From positions 43,774,001 through 43,838,000 of the forward strand of contig NW_024704743.1 of the NCBI RefSeq assembly GCF_018977255.1: DNA of 64,000 bases, in the 5' to 3' direction. The stretch is from Callorhinchus milii (lineage: Eukaryota). The notes beneath the pieces were generated by a model that made no database searches, was not told where the DNA came from, and was given only the letters and a program-made list of their open reading frames with translations. The translations under genes were made by a program, and so were the position numbers. Positions 60,026 through 64,000 of this stretch are shown piece after piece; the first letter of the stretch is position 1; every line of letters begins with the position of its first letter.

Positions 60026-60809
60026 TAAATGCTCTGAGATGTCCTCCCAATGTGAAAGATGTTATATCAAAAAAACACGAAATATCATTATAAGTGCACA
60101 AACGTTGAGCACATCACAGCACAATACACAGCTTCACCTTAAACTCCACACACAATGGTGCCTAATTCGCAATATTTTCAACATGAAATCCAAGTAGCAC
60201 AAATGAGGACTCCTTCCAGTCTCCAAAAGCATGGCATGCCGATGTCTGGAAACTCTGCTCGAATACTATCTACCTCTGGAACAGAGTTGATCTGAATTCT
60301 AGTGGAATTTATTATACCACTAGAAGTAACTCAAATTAGACCCCATTATGTGTAATCAAATATCATTAATTCAAGTTGACGTCCTGAATAGGGATGAACA
60401 CTTAACTGCATAGTATTTATATTTAATGCAACAGCAAGCTTTTAAATAATTTAGCTTAGACATGGTTATAAATTGAATGAAACTAAAATCAAGAGTGAGA
60501 AATTAGCTTTATTCTAACATGACTGCAGCACCATCTAATGGATTTAGTGAAATGCTGTGACACATACAATGAAAAGAATTGTAAATCTTCAGCTACTGCA
60601 TGATCGTCATATTCTGCAAGGCTTCAAAACACATTACATTGGTCTTCAGAGATATAACTCACAGGAGTAAAATCAAGACAGTAATGCACTCCTGTGAATT
60701 ATCACTTGCAAGAATTCATTAAAGGCCATCTGTCACCATTCTGAAGGATTACCCTTCCCATCAATAAATGGAAGCTATTACAAAAGCATTCACTGTATAC
60801 TGTAATATT

Positions 60810-60905
60810 GTCAGCCTGGCCCAGTTGGTAGCACTCTCGCCTCTAAGTCAAAATGCTGTGGGTTCAAACCTCACAGCAGGACTTTGAACTCATATCGTCT
60901 AAGTT
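60810..60905 (+). mobile_element. Deu-SINE tRNA head
   Basis: gtcagcctggcccagttggtagcactctcgcctctaagtca..gggttcaaacc. Confidence 0.8.
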
Positions 60906-61324
60906 TATGTAGGCAAACACAACAACACAACCCTTTTGGTTGGCCAACAAAATAATCATAGAAAGGACACAATATCCATTGATGTATGCCATAAATCAAC
61001 ACATATTCAATCATTCATTATTGTGAACATTTGTGAATGTCAAATGCAAGGATTAATATTATTATTTACTTTGTTGGCCAGCCAAAGAGGTCAGCTACTA
61101 TACTATGTGGGTGCTGTAAAGAAAGCAGTGGGTGCCTGTAAGAGTAGATATGTGTGTGTGCTTATATGGGTATGTTTGTGCATATACACTCATTGGAGAT
61201 TATGATACAGTCCTGATAGGAAGATTTCTTAATTCTATATTATAATATTTTGCAGCTTTTAGAATTGGAAACTTGTTTCCATTGGGCAACTGTGCACCTG
61301 CATTGAAGCTGTGGCCTTTTGTTT

Positions 61325-61395
61325 GGTGTCTGACACCTGAGGAAACCCATTGCCATGCTTAAAAGAGTATCCACACCAGACTCCAAGTTCCACCT
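61325..61395 (+). repeat. Head of the TGTGTCTGACACA family
   Basis: gtgtctgacacctgaggaaaccc..catgcttaaaagagtatccacaccagact. Confidence 0.72.
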
Positions 61396-61941
61396 GCTGC
61401 TTATATTACTGATTCTTCAGGAACAGTCATGGTGAGGGACATGCAAGAGTCACAGCTGGCAGTTTCTATCAGTGGAAGACAGCCAGAAGCTAATTGAAAT
61501 ATTTTTACATTGCTTTGCCGGCAGTGGCTTGTGGTTGGATTGTTATCTTGTGCACAAAGAATAAATTCCATACTCTGCTAGTATGGCATAATATTGCTAA
61601 TTCAGGCATGCAAAAAACACGATGCAGAAGAACTCGAGATCCTATTCCCTTTCCTTAGCTCTTGGAATGAGAGTAAAAGTTGAGCTGTCTGGGCACTGCT
61701 GCAGATGTCCAGTTTGGTTAAGTTCTAAAGTATAGATGAGTAAGATAGAAAGATAAGCGAGAAGCACTCTCAGACCATCTAGGTTGTTTTGTCCTGACAA
61801 AACAGTGTTTCCTCTCCTCTTTGACACTAGTCTATCTTGATCTGCTTCACATTTCTATCAGAAAAGAAACCAACACCAAAAGAAAATGGAACCTGATCCC
61901 CTCTTAAAATGCTCACTTTGAAGTTTTTATTAGGAAAATCA

Positions 61942-62353
61942 AATAATAATAATCCTTTCATTTGATAGAGCACCTTATGATGTCATCAGGATATCTCAAA
62001 GCGCTTTACAGGATTTACTTTGGAGTTATTGGTGAATGCAGCAGCCAATTTGAGCAAAGAAATGTCCCACAAACAGTCATGAAGTGAGGAACAAATTTTT
62101 ATTTTGGAGGATTGTTGGTGAAGGCATGAGGAGAAACCCCCTTCTCTTATCGAGTAGTGCCATGGAATCTTAACATCCAGGCAGAAGCGACCTTGGTATA
62201 ATGTCTCATCTGAAGGACGGCATCTCCAATGATGGAGCTCAGGCCCAGCACTATATTAAAGTGTCAGCCTAGACTGTGGGCTCAAAGTTCCAATTTGAAC
62301 CCACAGTCTTCTTCACTCAGAGGTGAAAGTGCTGCCAACTGAATTAGGCTGAC
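61942..62353 (-). mobile_element. Deu-domain SINE (SacSINE1-like), full length
   Basis: Tail (aat)n cctttcatttgat; gtgccatgg; head actcagaggtgaaagtgctgccaactg. Confidence 0.86.
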
Positions 62354-63037
62354 CCCTATCAAATGTTCCTTTCAGAAGGAAATGAGGCACAAGACAAATG
62401 TTTTGCTTCTCCAAGAGAAGATAACATTTCCATTTACTGAATCAAATTCTTTCTGGCCTCTCTCATTGCCAATAAATGCCATATTATGGACAGTTTTGTC
62501 CTGCAAACGCATGCCCACAAGGAAATGGGCTAGCCAGATGAATTTCCCTGTGATTTCCAGTCGATTACGTTTTTCTATTCAATTAATTAGCACAGCTGTC
62601 AGAGAGAAGAGCCTTCATTCTCCTCAGTCTGGGCTTAATTCAAACCAGGTCCCTGTGGTAGAAAAACATGCTCTAATTTCAGCTGCTTTAAATATTTTCA
62701 TCCTGTGTGTGGTATCCCCCAATATGTTGTTTGTTAGATCATTTGTCCCAGGCTCCCAAGGTAAACAAACTCAATGGACTTGTTTTATTTCTGTGTGAGA
62801 GACACAAGCTTTAAAAATAAATAAGGAAATAGTCACAGAGAAACTGTCATCTGTTCTGCACTATAATGAGTCCCTTCTTGTCAGCTGTTCTGTGTAGTGT
62901 TATTAATGCTGAAAGCCACAGAGCAAACCAAAGCCTAGCCCTCCCAGCTGCAGGAAAAAAGCCATGGAGATGAGCATCTGAGATGCCAGAAAACGATCGC
63001 TGAGAGTCAGCAGTGCTAAAATGAAAGAAGTAAAGTT

Positions 63038-63348
63038 AATAATAATAATCCTTGCATTTGATATAGCCTTTGCACGTCCTGTAGGCATCTGAAAACGCTT
63101 CACAGAACATACTGTAAAGTGAATTGACTGTATATTTGTGGGCAAAACGTAGCAACCAATTGTGCACAGCAGTGTCCCACAAACAGTCGTGGTTGAAGTC
63201 ACCAATTTTATTATTGTTTTTTTTCTTGAGGGATTATGATCAGGTGTGTGGAGTAAGGAAACTTGCCCAAGATTTCGCCCTGCCGGGAATCAAACCTAGG
63301 TCTCTTGCTTGCGAGGCGAGTGCTCTAACCACTGAGCTACAGGACTCC
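63038..63348 (-). mobile_element. SINE2-1_CM-like SINE, short form
   Basis: ctctaaccactgagctacaggactcc head; tail (aat)n ccttgcatttgatatagc. Confidence 0.93.
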
Positions 63349-63389
63349 TACGTTTCAAGTTGATGAAATCCTTAAATATTCTGCAGGAT

Positions 63390-64000
63390 AACAACAACTA
63401 CAACAAGATTCCATTTATAAAGCGCCTTTCACGTCAGGAGGACGTCCCAAGGCGCTGCACAGTTGGGTCATGACCCGAGCAGGGGGGAAATGGTCAGGGT
63501 GAGGGGAGGGAAGGGAGGGAGCGAGGAGGGGGGAAATGGTCAGGGTGAGGGGAGGGAAGGGAGGGAGCGAGGAGGGGGAAGAGAGTCGAGAGGGGAGCTG
63601 AAGGCACGGTCAAAGAGAAAGGTTTTGAGACCGGCCTTGAAGGAGGAAAGGGAGGAAGCAAGGCGAAGGCACTGGGGGATGGAGTTCCAGAGCCTGGGGC
63701 TGAGAGGCTGAAGGCCCGACCACCGATGGTAGGGCGGTTGGGGCGGGGGACGTGGAGCAGACCGGAGCCAGAGGAACGGAGGGTACGGGCAGGTAGGTAG
63801 GGGGATAGTAGGTTGGAGAGGTAGGAGGGAGCAAGGCCGTGAATGGCCTTGTAGGTGAGGATGAGGATCTTGAAATCAATCCTCTGGGGGATGGGGAGCC
63901 AGTGGAGGCGAGCGAGGGTGGGAGTGATGTGGTCGCGAAGCCTGGTGCGGGACAGTACACGAGCTGCAGAGTTCTGAATGACCTGCAGCTTGTGGAGGGA
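63390..64000 (-). mobile_element. Young L2 3' region (continues beyond window)
   Basis: Nearly identical to 41721-42290; 46-bp tandem duplication in the UTR. Confidence 0.96.

Noticed and set aside
62600..62690. LF-SINE-like tRNA head on the minus strand
   Set aside because: Too degenerate to assign by eye.
1..64000. Short ORFs in the supplied track as host genes
   Set aside because: Most overlap repeats or are antisense or off-frame translations (e.g. ..YIKCKDYYYY from SINE tails, QQQQ..RAPFTSGG from L2 tails). None of the rest resembles a protein family I recognise.
1..64000. CRISPR array, operon or other prokaryotic system
   Set aside because: No regularly spaced repeat-spacer structure, very low coding density and a vertebrate retroposon landscape.

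Overview
This is vertebrate nuclear DNA, AT-rich and CpG-depleted. It is almost certainly from a cartilaginous fish, most likely the holocephalan Callorhinchus milii or a close relative; that is inferred from the repeat complement, not from a database match. I found no host protein-coding exon I can recognise, so the window looks like a large intron or gene desert. Much of it is transposon debris. There are many 5'-truncated L2 LINEs with (GTT)n tails, including two RT-domain remnants at 31.3-33.2 kb and 41.7-43.1 kb, and CR1 LINE fragments with (TTCTATG)n tails. SINEs include a young tRNA-Ala-headed family (SINE2-1_CM-like, (ATT)n tail), older Deu-domain SINEs (SacSINE1-like) and AmnSINE2-like relics. 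Also present are palindromic MITEs, a probable solo LTR, a decayed Penelope-type hammerhead palindrome and a 51-nt U2 snRNA 5' fragment. Repeat-free AT-rich stretches with homeodomain/Sox motif clusters look like conserved enhancers. The best leads are: base-pair covariation in the 3' stem-loop shared by SINEs and LINEs; a tail-to-tail SINE palindrome; a Tigger-like MITE family carrying a YY1/CRE/NRF1-like palindromic cassette; an unclassified repeat family with a TGTGTCTGACACA head; and the U2 fragment. There are no prokaryotic features or CRISPR arrays. Family names come from recall of consensus sequences, and boundaries of degenerate repeats are approximate (tens of bp).
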